From: Phoronis australis
Taxonomy: Eukaryota > Animalia > Phoronida
Assembly (NCBI GenBank): GCA_002633005.1
Contig: NMRA01000607.1
Coordinates: 124,001 to 188,000, forward strand
Reading direction: 5' to 3'
Length of the DNA: 64,000 nucleotides
Numbering within the stretch: position 1 is the stretch's first letter; the number at the start of each line of letters is the position of its first letter. This document shows positions 25,901-35,500 of the stretch, piece after piece. The position numbers were made by a program, and so were the translations under genes. The notes under the pieces were generated by a model. It saw nothing but the letters and a program-made list of their open reading frames with translations. It did no database searches and had not been told where the DNA came from.

Positions 25901-28900
25901 TGCCGAGATTTTAGAGTGCAGAGGTTATTGGCCATGTTGAAGTCAGCTGACTGGCATCCGGATTCAGTCAAGCACAACTCGAGACATTTGATGACGTCAC
26001 TTGCTGAGACAGATTTGATGCTGGGCCCGTGGAATTCCTTCTTATACAACAAGTAGACGTAAAGCTTCTTGGGCAATGTGCACGGATCTGGAAGTTGCAA
26101 AAGTTGTGGAAGTATTTACACCGCTATGAACTCGGGTTCCGTCAAAGAAATTAAACGGTCTAACCTTGTTACCTTTTTTAAANACGTCTCAGTACAAGAC
26201 TAGCCCAGTATCCGGGATCTAAGTGACGTTACCATACAGGGGTTACCCAGTATCCGGGATCTAACTTATTTGAAATCTAACTCGAAATTGCTTTTTGCAG
26301 TTTCCGCCGTTTTTCTTTAGTGTGCACACTAGATAAGAGTGGATTATGCTTGTGAGTTATTAGTCCAAGTTCGCACTTGATGACCCCAAAAGTAAAGTTA
26401 TAGGTTTTGTCTCAACTTGAAATGTCGAGTTTTTGATTGAAATCTTGAATTTTCCTCGACTCTGTTGCTCGAATTGAGAGGTCATCAAGTGCGAACCTAG
26501 AATAAAAAATAATTGGCGTCAACTATAGTGTGCTCGAGCACAAAAATAGACACTTCACTTGATTTTCCTCAAAATCAAAACTAAAAATGTCAATAATAAT
26601 TTCGACTTCAGTTTCCAGTAAAACAATAAGATCCCAATCCCAAAATGTTTCGCTTTCTTTGTTCTACTTCTTGCCACTTCTTTATGGGAAACTGCATTCT
26701 GTCAAAAGGTGTAACCAGAAAATCACCTGTGAACCTTTGATTTAAGGAAATTTTTGATGAATGTTGCAAACAAATGTGCAGACTACGGTCATTTTATTTG
26801 TCTCTAGCTGGAGTAGTTGCTAGGGAGTGACGTATACACTTTCGGTCCCGATATGATAGAACAGACAAACTCACATGAATCATAATGACTTTGAATCTTT
26901 CGTATCTTATTGATGGACTAAACATTAAGATTCCTACCTGTCAACGTCGTACTCTTTTTGGAATAATAGACAAAGTCGTTAGCGCTAGCGGTCGAGTGAC
27001 TGTTGCTGCTAAGATATTGGTGGCACTTGTTGGTGTTCATTTGCCACCAGGCGGCGTGACAGCTGGAATTCGTCAGGCACGTGTCAGCACATGCCTGGCT
27101 GTCTGCTGTCGTTGTTATGATGACGTTTTGCGATACATCGCCCTTTGTTTTGTAAGTGGCCTTCATTATGCTTGCAGCACCTATTGGATTCACAAAATAA
27201 ATGACGCTGAGATATTTGCCATTGACCGGAACTGGTCAAAATGAAAAGCTGCATTTCTATGAATACATGACCGTGCTGGCACTATGTTCTTCGCAGCGCC
27301 CCATGGTGTGAGTCAAGGCATTTTGGTAATGTAAAACGGCACAAGTATTTTTCATTAGCGAACGCCTAGCCTCACGTATTTTGTTGTTAAACACAGATAC
27401 CACCCTTAGTCTGATTGCCAATTGTGCTCGTCGCCTATCAAAACCACGAACTCACCATCATTGCGCCATCTGGTCTGAACGGTGGGTTAAGGGGTTACCA
27501 CAATGTGATGTATAACAAGAGCTTGCTGGAGAGACTTGAAAAAAAAGGAAGAGGACGGGCAATGGGTAGGTAATCATGCTCAAAGAAACAATGAATTTCT
27601 TTAGAGATCTCATGAAAATTTTGTTATCATCCTACATGTAAGTAGTGGAGAGTTGTAGACAGCAGAGAGTTTTGGGAGGATCTTCCAAAACGAAATGTAC
27701 TCTTGGTGAACGTCACTATCTGATGTACTCAAAGACTTGCCTGTAACGTATATTTTTTGTAAGACGGGTTCCGCAAAACACGGACCCAAAAAATCATCCC
27801 ACGTGTTGTTTGCCACGCACGTGGCTTCTTTCTCCGTTTGCAAGTTTTCAAACACGTGACCAGATAAGCACGTGAACTTGACCTTTTGACCCACGTCGAC
27901 TGTCGCCTTGCCTGCATTGTTTGTTGTGTGAGGAACATTGATGGAACACGAATCGGTGACAACTGTGAACATAAAAAACACTGACTTGAAACACTCTCTC
28001 AGTTCATTTTCATTAATACCTTGCCAAATTATTGGCACCATAAATCTTAGCAGATAACACGTTTTCGGAATCACATAAATGTTTTAAGATGTCCGAGGTC
28101 TTAAAAAAGCTGCTTGCCAATCAGTTTAGTTGGCTTAAACGAAAATACAGCTCGTTCTTTTAATCTAATAAAATCGACCTCATAATATTCCTTACCATGA
28201 AATTATTCTATTTCCCAAACCAACTTAGGTTACAGGCAATGTTTGTAAACGTAATTTCCGAAATCAATTCAGTTTTTAAAGTTTCTGAATTGCAAGTGGT
28301 CATCCGTAGAGATGATAATACACCTTTTGAAAAGCCAGAATTCTAGTATCCATGGAGATAGAAAGATGGTCACTGAACCATGGGCACTGAAATTATTGCC
28401 ATTTTTTACAAAGCGTTAAGGGAAAACTGCGGCTGTATTTTTTATAAAATATCATTAAGGTTTGAGTACATTTTTGTGTATTATTTGTCCCCAGCCACCG
28501 GCCATAAACTGGGTCACTACAATGGCAGTGTACCAGGGTGTCTTTCAAAATAAACCATCGAAGCATGACCCTAACAAAATGAGCTATGCCTGAACTCCAT
28601 CACGATAACATGAATCTTGACCCTACGGCTTGCGCTGACGAGCTAAGCCACCTGTGTCAAGTGTTTCAGAGCTGAGTTGACCACGGACCAAACTAATTCA
28701 CCTAATTTGAAGGTCCCCTCCTACATTTGGCGTGTTCGAGATGTTAGCTCACAATCCAAGTTCACTTCTTCAATCCTTAGGCCTAGGCCAAATAATCACT
28801 CTCCGAGAAAATTGTTCAAACACGGCATCTCAATTTCTAATGGCTGTATCTCCGGGGGTTTGCCCCCTTCTGTGGAGGCGTGGAGGTCGGTACAAAATTG

Positions 28901-29672
28901 TCGACAACCTGAGAATGGAAGTGGCGAAAGTGGTGGCGATAAGACGGGGACCGGCGGGCAAAATTTTGGCGAAGTTGAATTGGTTTGTGCCCTCCTCAAT
29001 AAAAGATACCTTCCTACGGGCCTGAAACGTCAGTAACACTCAAGCTCGGATTTTTGGAGAGGGGGGNCAGTTCAAGGGTGCGAATGTCTGATGGCCAAAA
29101 TTCTGCCTAATACCCTGCCCTGCCCCCTCCCTAACTCAAAATCCTGGATCCGCCCATGAAACTGGACTCAAAAAAGCTACCCAACTGTAAGAAACATCCA
29201 CGAAAAAGACACAAATTCGTAAGGTATTTTCCCAAAAATACCGTCCGTGCGAAGGTGTTAATACTTTCATGAACCTAACGCTCTCGCGGAGATACCAAGT
29301 TGTCAAAGTGACACCATCTTTCTACAAAGGAAAAAAATCTGCAGTGTAGTGGGAAAAGTCTTTCTAGAGAGTTTTGAACTCCCAAAGTGACGCTGTTTAG
29401 TGAGTTAAATCGGAAAGGGCAACCGTTCGTGGGGAAACTGTTCGTGAAAATTTCCCTGACAGAGCAGCACTCTTTGTACATCGCCTCTATAAGAGTAACC
29501 CGACGGGTGAGTTAGGACACTGTAGTGATATGGTTCCAATATGAAAGGAACAAACATAAACCCGTTTTTGTTCCTGCCTATAATAAAGTCGAGAAAAGCC
29601 CTTACCTGCCGAAAATACACTTGCTTGAGGAATGAAACGCAGAAGTAGAAAGCATTGCCACAGCTTGGTCAT
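480..29672 (-). CDS. Multi-exon secreted mosaic lectin / pattern-recognition-like gene: SP-Sushi-PAN-PAN-CTL-TSP1-LamG-PAN-CTL-WSC-TSP1-WSC-PAN-CTL-TSP1-PAN-CTL-(FReD, runs off the window)
   Basis: 23 exons with AG acceptors and GT donors (one GC). Phases chain without frameshift or stop: 5092 nt through CTL4 and 5311 nt including two FReD exons. The link to the FReD exons is inferred from phase only. Confidence 0.85.
972..1093 (-). CDS. FReD exon 1 (not in the ORF track)
   Basis: [41 protein letters not shown]; ctacag| acceptor, |gtacgt donor; phase 1 to 0. Confidence 0.92.
2437..2666 (-). CDS. CTL4 C-terminal exon (degenerate sugar site; not in the ORF track)
   Basis: [76 protein letters not shown]; phase 2 to 1; ccag| acceptor and |gtcagt donor. 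Confidence 0.82.
3128..3212. mobile_element. Small MITE with catgcg(t/c)gc TIRs and about 5-bp TSD
   Basis: catgcgtgcgcac ... gtgcgcgcatg; flanks ctgat/gtgat; same family as 40238-40661. Confidence 0.6.
3828..3999 (-). CDS. CTL4 N-terminal exon
   Basis: [57 protein letters not shown]; phase 1 to 2; |gtaagt donor. Confidence 0.9.
4723..4992 (-). CDS. PAN/apple domain exon
   Basis: [27 protein letters not shown]...VHLELRC; 270 nt; phase 1-1. Confidence 0.9.
5358..5552 (-). CDS. Divergent TSP1 (thrombospondin type-1) exon
   Basis: [26 protein letters not shown]...EMYSCYC; 195 nt; phase 1-1; similar to the other two TSP1 exons. Confidence 0.8.
5750..5979 (-). CDS. CTL3 C-terminal exon (EPD/WRD; not in the ORF track)
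   Basis: [76 protein letters not shown]; phase 2 to 1. Confidence 0.92.
7038..7218 (-). CDS. CTL3 N-terminal exon (not in the ORF track)
   Basis: [60 protein letters not shown]; phase 1 to 2; |gtgagt donor. Confidence 0.9.
8188..8457 (-). CDS. PAN/apple domain exon
   Basis: [27 protein letters not shown]...VHLDFHC; 270 nt; phase 1-1. Confidence 0.9.
8872..9141 (-). CDS. WSC domain exon 2
   Basis: [12 protein letters not shown]...[26 protein letters not shown]...[19 protein letters not shown]; phase 1-1. Confidence 0.93.
9858..11427 (+). mobile_element. pogo/Tigger-like DNA transposon remnant
   Basis: TIRs ccggggttttccgtagataagccc / gggcttatctacgcaaaaaccccgg; TA (TG/TA) target; internal frameshifted transposase C-terminus [19 protein letters not shown]...[15 protein letters not shown] at about 10800-10930. 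Confidence 0.8.
12193..12465 (+). pseudogene. Decayed SWIM/YqaJ-type transposon gene fragment
   Basis: [14 protein letters not shown]...HYEVTI...GLFACEE...CYTNKPCW* resembles the V.A...S/Q..., LLF..E and CT..PC.W motifs of SWIM-YqaJ proteins; tttttag| acceptor at 12192. Confidence 0.45.
13395..14262 (-). pseudogene. Decayed two-exon THAP domain (transposase N-terminus)
   Basis: [18 protein letters not shown] / [13 protein letters not shown]...PFED, then G|gtaag (14096) spliced to tgttgcag| (13441) [14 protein letters not shown], matching the AVPTIF box; frameshift and stop present. Confidence 0.6.
15118..15327 (-). CDS. TSP1 exon (not in the ORF track)
   Basis: [57 protein letters not shown]; 210 nt; phase 1-1. 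Confidence 0.9.
15960..16232 (-). CDS. WSC domain exon 1
   Basis: [12 protein letters not shown]...[25 protein letters not shown]...[15 protein letters not shown]; phase 1-1. Confidence 0.93.
16816..16919. repeat. (CAT)n microsatellite with a CAC interruption
   Basis: Direct reading; explains the poly-Met ORF. Confidence 0.97.
17360..17613 (-). CDS. CTL2 C-terminal exon (EPN/WED)
   Basis: KYWMGLFDG...[39 protein letters not shown]; phase 2 to 1. Confidence 0.92.
17837..17967. repeat. 30-bp minisatellite, about 4.3 copies
   Basis: Unit ctgt(c/g)agtgtgtatcggtgttcagttgtct, head to tail, no spacers. Confidence 0.95.
18849..19026 (-). CDS. CTL2 N-terminal exon
   Basis: [50 protein letters not shown]; phase 1 to 2. 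Confidence 0.92.
19241..19510 (-). CDS. PAN/apple domain exon
   Basis: [27 protein letters not shown]...VHLEFRC; 270 nt; phase 1-1. Confidence 0.9.
20255..21015 (-). mobile_element. Hairpin-ended non-autonomous element, copy 2 (uninterrupted, about 760 bp)
   Basis: Starts atttatcccatacgcg; hairpin at about 20860-21012 with apex gaccttcggtc; collinear with copies 1 and 3. Confidence 0.88.
21299..21952 (-). CDS. LamG-like / pentraxin (ConA-like lectin fold) exon
   Basis: VGFWLLD...DLSGNGND...TYAAWFYP...[21 protein letters not shown]...[16 protein letters not shown]; 654 nt; phase 1-1. Confidence 0.92.
22797..23000 (-). CDS. TSP1 exon
   Basis: [42 protein letters not shown]...EIEAC; 204 nt; phase 1-1. 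Confidence 0.9.
23311..23555 (-). CDS. CTL1 C-terminal exon (EPN/WKD)
   Basis: DVFVGVKD...[38 protein letters not shown]; phase 2 to 1. Confidence 0.92.
24557..24737 (-). CDS. CTL1 N-terminal exon
   Basis: [45 protein letters not shown]; phase 1 to 2. Confidence 0.9.
25815..26087 (-). CDS. PAN/apple domain exon
   Basis: [27 protein letters not shown]...IHVAFHC; 273 nt; phase 1-1. Confidence 0.9.
26361..26503. mobile_element. Short MITE-like inverted repeat
   Basis: tagtccaagttcgcacttgatgacc ... ggtcatcaagtgcgaacctagaata (about 25-bp imperfect inverted repeat). Confidence 0.5.
26938..27180 (-). CDS. PAN/apple domain exon (N-terminal type)
   Basis: [27 protein letters not shown]...[12 protein letters not shown]; 243 nt; phase 1-1. 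Confidence 0.87.
27741..27962 (-). CDS. Sushi/CCP exon with probable GC donor
   Basis: [11 protein letters not shown]...[15 protein letters not shown]...[16 protein letters not shown]; ends ACA G|gcaagt at the same position as the GT donor of the paralogous exon. Confidence 0.87.
29606..29672 (-). CDS. Signal-peptide (first coding) exon
   Basis: [22 protein letters not shown]|G: basic N-region, hydrophobic core, small-residue cleavage site; G|gtaagg phase-1 donor. Confidence 0.75.
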
Positions 29673-30911
29673 TTCGAACGCAATGTAATGTTCAATCAAT
29701 TCTGTATTTGTATGTTTGAATACATGTGCGCTTTGCGTGACGTCAGAATGAATATACAAGTGTCCAATAGCTATTGTCTTTTTGTCGATTTTGGATTGAA
29801 TCTGATGTCCTGATCACACACAATTAAGATCATGTTCTGCCTGATCGACAATCTCTATAAACTCAGCCAGATACAAAGCTACAGAAAACATACGCTTTCA
29901 CGAAAGTAAATCTTTAGACTTGATTGTTGACTCTACGCCAGTCTACCATCAATTGGGTCACGTGACTATGTCTTTTGGTAAATTTTAGCAATAAAGAAGT
30001 GTACTTTCATATCAACATAGCAGCATCAAAAATGTGAACAAATTTTGTTTGATAAGAATGTACAAGGTGAAGAGTAAAAAAACGTCGTGACTGTTTTCCA
30101 AATTATCATTTCGTCTTTGTTTCAGGCAACGTGAAAATCGGGGAAGTCCTAATGACCCCTAGAGCCAAAAATCCTTTTGAAGAACATTGCATAAAACAGT
30201 GCCAGTAACTTTAATATAATTCCGATCAACCATTACTAAGACTTGGAGCCTGTTTCATAACTTTTTCTGTCTTTACTTGCACCAAAATCGGGCTAACTTC
30301 AAGGTAAGATCAAAATTTCTTAGTCCCTTTCATGTGATTTCTTTAAGTGCTTTAAAAAACCACCATAGACCTTGCACTGCACATCACAACCGTGAATTCA
30401 ATATCCCTAAAATGAACAAATAGAAGAAACGCGATTTAAATTGACTGTTTCTTAGATCCACGAACATGAGTGCTGAACAAACCCAGCGCCAGTGTGCAAT
30501 GTCCATGAACACGCAACTTTCATGTTGAAACGTGTGCAATATCCGCGCTTCTCTGTCGCGCGGGAAAGTAAAAAGTGTCACATCGTGGTCAAGTACTGAG
30601 TTGTCTTAACCACCAGAAACTAAACGCCTTGAGCGAAGTTTCGAACCGCGGAGTAGCCCAATGCTGATCTAAACATTACTGTGGTTGATTAAAACCAGTC
30701 TTTCTAGCATTTTTCAAAAATGTTTTTCACAAACTTCCGTCAGGCTCATCGTGTGTCAATCTCAGTTTTGTACAACACTAAAACCGTAAAATAAATCAAT
30801 CAAAATCACAAAAGAAGTACTGAACGAAATAATAATGGTTGTAGAAATAAACGGACTCCGTTCAAGATGCAGTTACTGATAACAAAAGTCCGCCAGTGAG
30901 AACCAATTGTG

Positions 30912-31168
30912 GGAAATGACACTGTAGGTGTAAGTGCACTGTAGTTGAAGTCTCGTTAATTCCGATAACGTCCGTGCTTTCCGCGAGGGAGAGAAACCAC
31001 ACTTTCCCATAATCTCGTCTACAGACTATGTTTACTTGCGAACCATTCCGTGTGTGTCCATTGCAGCAACATGGAATCGATCACTTGACTTGATTAAATT
31101 TGTCATGTCCAGTCACTTCAATATACATGTACGAGTGGGCCTTGGTGTCTAAGTTAAACATATCAGAC
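30912..31168 (-). pseudogene. Possible decayed PAN exon, or terminal exon of the upstream block
   Basis: ttttctaag| acceptor; the phase-1 frame reads GLICLT*; a shifted frame gives EVTGHD and TVHLHLQC, resembling ELQGHD and VHLEFRC of the PAN exons. Confidence 0.3.
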
Positions 31169-32338
31169 CTTAGAAAAAGATTTGTTAGGAGTGAGTAGAA
31201 GATTATTTTTGCTTGATATATTTTTTCAAAATAATGGGAGTTAAATATACTGTTTAATTTAAGCCTTTAATCTAAACATGAAAGCCACAATTAAAATGAC
31301 AATGGATTTTGTACGAGATAAATAGCTGTGTAAAATTGTTAAGCTATGCAGGGCTATCGGTGACGTCTACTTGGTCTAAGGTATTTGGTAAACAAAAAAG
31401 TACAACCGATCTGCCCGCCTTGGCTGCTGTAAGTTCCGACTAGATTCTTGACTGTGAGTTCGACAAAATCGCGCAAGTTTTCGGGAGATGACGCGATACA
31501 TTGCCAGCGAGGCAGGTGATTTACTCTCCGAGTTACAGAGCAGGTGCCTGAATAAGAGAGTTGCCGGGCAATACGAAGATATCGCAATGAATTCTCCTCG
31601 TCCCAAACATAGGAGTAGGAAAACACCTTCTATCATTGGCCTCGTTTTGGAAACTTCGGTTTGATTTTAGGGGCCATGTCGGAAAGAATCACGAATGCGC
31701 AGACATTTGTTCAGTTTATCATACTTTCTTTTATCGGAGTTGCAGCCAACAGCTCATAGAGCAGTAAAACTGAATCTGGAATGTTGAAACAATAATGCAG
31801 CCGACAAAACCTTGTAAAATGCACCACTCCAATAAATAACACGAGAAACGAAGCTATAGGCAACTGATACTGCAGCCGTGAATAAATATCGAGAGATACA
31901 AGTGATATTAATTGGGAAGTCGACATGAAATCATCTGTCACCACCTGTCAATCGCGGGCAAGCAGTCGATCAATATCATAATATACATCTGAGCTATATT
32001 CAAAAACCTGAGAAAATCGAATGCATACTTTCATTTTGCAAAGAGGTGGAAAAGAAGGAAATCCAACAAAATAGGCATAGAGATCAACATATTAAAGTTT
32101 TATTGAACAGTTCACCCAATATAATTGATTTTCTCGAGCTTAACGGACCATTTTGCTTTGTCATATTACATGTGTCATGTACGTGCGTGATTTACACTAC
32201 AATAGTCAGATAGTGTTTAGTAGAGGTAGGTTTTGTCTTAAACATGACTTCAATAATAAGACTGGTGCATGTGAGGTCAATGTAAACGCATCATTTACAT
32301 AACATACAACTCACTCTGTCAGTGGAGGAATAGCTTAC

Positions 32339-32586
32339 CGTTTGATTTTTCACACAAGAAGCTATGGGAACTTCCACAGTCCACCGCTGCCCATTTGTCG
32401 CAGTCGCCAGAACATTTGGCTATAACACACTCGTTAGCGCCATTACTAGGCTCGCCGGTATCCCACGGCGTGTAGGCGGCGCTTTGGTCATTTCCAAGCT
32501 TCCAGTTGCGCCCTGCACTGCTTGCATCCCTGTCTGTGACACCAATGAAGACATCCGTTCGAGATATTGAGAGACCCGTCAGGTAC
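32339..32586 (-). CDS. CTL C-terminal exon (EPS/WAA), upstream block
   Basis: YLTGLSISRTDVFIGVTDRDASSAGRNW...WDTGEPSNGANECVIAKCSGDCDKWAAVDCGSSHSFLCE; phase 2 to 1. Confidence 0.9.
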
Positions 32587-35500
32587 CTGTGGGGCATGTC
32601 CTTTTAATGATTAAAACAGCTATAACGCCGAAAGACTGCTTCCCGTTTTATGAGTGATCTCAAATGTTCCATGACTCAGGTGAAAAGTGGTTTCCGTCCT
32701 AGAAAATGGTGATTGGGCCACATTTATAATGGAAATTGGTGTAAATCAAAAGTTAGTGTGTGTGACGGAAAGCGACTTCCTGGCGAGTATTTGTTTTATC
32801 CTTGTTATTTGGGTATTATGCTGTGATATAACTTCCGAATCAAACATTACGCGTCAAATATTATACGTGTAGTCTATCATTTTGCCCACACGGACAAATG
32901 CCAGTCATTTGATAGTTTATTGTGCCAATACCACTTATACTCACGGAATAGGTCACCCCCTGCCCCCCCCCTTGGCGGCAGCAAAAATAAAACTGCAAAA
33001 GCTTGATGAAATCAAAAGTTAATTAACCACGGTAGTTAACATTATGGAGCTGAAGCAAGATTTGGCAATGTGTGGAGTTTTAGTTTGTGTGCGCGTCCGG
33101 TAGGGGGACTACAACCCGATTTCAAGTGTCCGATCTAAACAACCGGTGCAATGACAGTAAATACAGCTAAGCAATGCCGCTCCCGGTCGATATGCGCGTG
33201 ATACCGGGATTTCCGTAGATAAGCTCATCCGATGAAACGCCCGTGTGCCTTGATTGGGGAAATTAGGCCGAATAAACGCCTATGGGCGTTTAATTGGTGT
33301 TACAACTTATAGTGCCAAACGTCCAGATAGTGGGGCCTTAATTCGGAAAATTTCCTCCTAAGAGCCCACTAAACGTCAAATTCTTTGTCACAATTTCAAT
33401 TTTGCGGAGCATTGATTAATTTATGAAAACGAACAATGTATTGGCGAACTATGTATTTATTAATGTGAAATTTAAAAAACCTTAAAGTAAAAATGTCAAA
33501 GTCAGTAAAACTGTGACTTTCCGTTTATACGCCCCCCCTTTTCCGAATAGTGTTACTAAAACGCCTGAAAGTTTTCGTTTTCACAATACATGCCCGTGGA
33601 CTTATCTACGGAAAATCCTTGTATCCCAGACAGAACACTGACTTCGTTCCCGTCGTCTGAACTGTGCAATTGAGAAAATTACCTCATTTTTTCAGGAGTC
33701 CATTTTTACACATATTCTTAGGGGTTTTTTTTGATAATACATCAAAAACCCCAGGAAAATGCTTGTTTTCAATGGCAAAAACAAAAAATTCCCCGGTACT
33801 ACTTGCCTCAATACGTACAGCCGCGGTTTGTCTGATTATCTACAAGACAAAATATTGTAACCCCCTTATGGTATCCTAAATCCGCCACTTCAGGGATATC
33901 GGCCACTAAAACACAATGTATGTCGTGTAAAAACGTAGATGTAGTCTCCACTGGGAACATCCAAGAGGAATTGCACGCAGGGGAGATAAACACTAATTCT
34001 CTAACGCAAAGTGTAATTAGATAACCTAATAATATGCGTCGTCTTGCGTAACCGTTGGACGAAACGATGTTGCGGATGGGTTATGAATAAGCTCTGACAA
34101 AAATAATTTTGCATGTCACTTTTCACGAGAAAGTACACAACGGACAATCAAATGGAATTACTAATAGAAAACCTCTACAGAAAGCAGTGTTTCAAGTATA
34201 AGAAAATCTACGACCTCTACAGATATTGTGAAATCTTAGAGGAACTACAAGCCATCCCAAAAAGAACTTATATCATGAGAATGCTGAATACTTACACTTG
34301 TAATCAATATAATTCTACTTACGTGGACACAGCATTAAGGACAGCCGCCGCTTCGTAGTCGCTAGTTATGTACGCCAGATGGGTGTAACGTTTTTCACAA
34401 AAATTCTTTGCGTCGTTGTATGTGAGGACTTGGCCGCTACCAGTCAAAACAGCATAACAACCGCCATTGGAGGCCTGGAGCATATGGGGTGGACAATAGG
34501 ACGCTAAAAGAACAAATTTGCGAACCTAAATGATGTCATTACTGACAGCGATCATGATACTGATTATAGTAACAATAACAACAACAACGACAACAGCAAT
34601 AATAATAATAATACTAGTTATAATAATGATAATGATAATATCAAGTTTACGAAACCCAAAGGCTGTTAGTACATGTATAATAAGTGGAACCCGTGGAAAC
34701 AATTGAGTTCATTTTTTCTGATTCGTATGCGTATTTCAATCTTCAAATTGTCTCGTATTTCTATCTGTACTTCTTAGACGAATACATGTTCTACCTTCTT
34801 TATTGGTATTTCGATTGCATGATTTTCTTCTGAATAACTTCCATTATGTATGAAATAGCGGTGAAAACCGAAACAAAGTTTTTCCGTTCATGTGACACTG
34901 TATGTAGTGGGCATGGTAATTACAACCCGTGTCATGCAGCTGAATCATATTTCAGGTTACGCCAATCAATGTTACATCATCCCTCATTGACCGATAAAAT
35001 ACACCAGATTCCAAAGCTAACAGAGTATGGGTTCGAGACTAGAAGGATATTTTGTCATTAGCGCCACTCATTCCTCAGTTTCACCAATTTAATACCGCTC
35101 CCTTTGTTGGTCGGCATATTTGCCTGAAGTACCTGTACAAGCATTATCAAAGACAAGATATGCCAACATGAAGCGACGAGTGGATACAAAATAAGTTTAT
35201 TTTAACTCAGGCAGCCGTTAGTGTGGCATGCCGGCAGCTGAACGTCTCAAAATATTAAAGGTTAATTCCCCGGTTATATGTCGACAGAGGCAAGAGTACC
35301 ACATGTCGGCGAAGCTAATATACATGTAATAGTCCTGATATGCGTTTGCATTGAATAACGCAACGATGTCAAATCAATCAATGTTCATTCTCATTAATGT
35401 CCAGTTCCTCTACTCGCTCGTTTGACAAAGTCTATAATTACTCAGCACGGTGGTATGGCCAACAGGCCAGCGCTGAGTTTCGTAGATCGCAAGACGTTGG

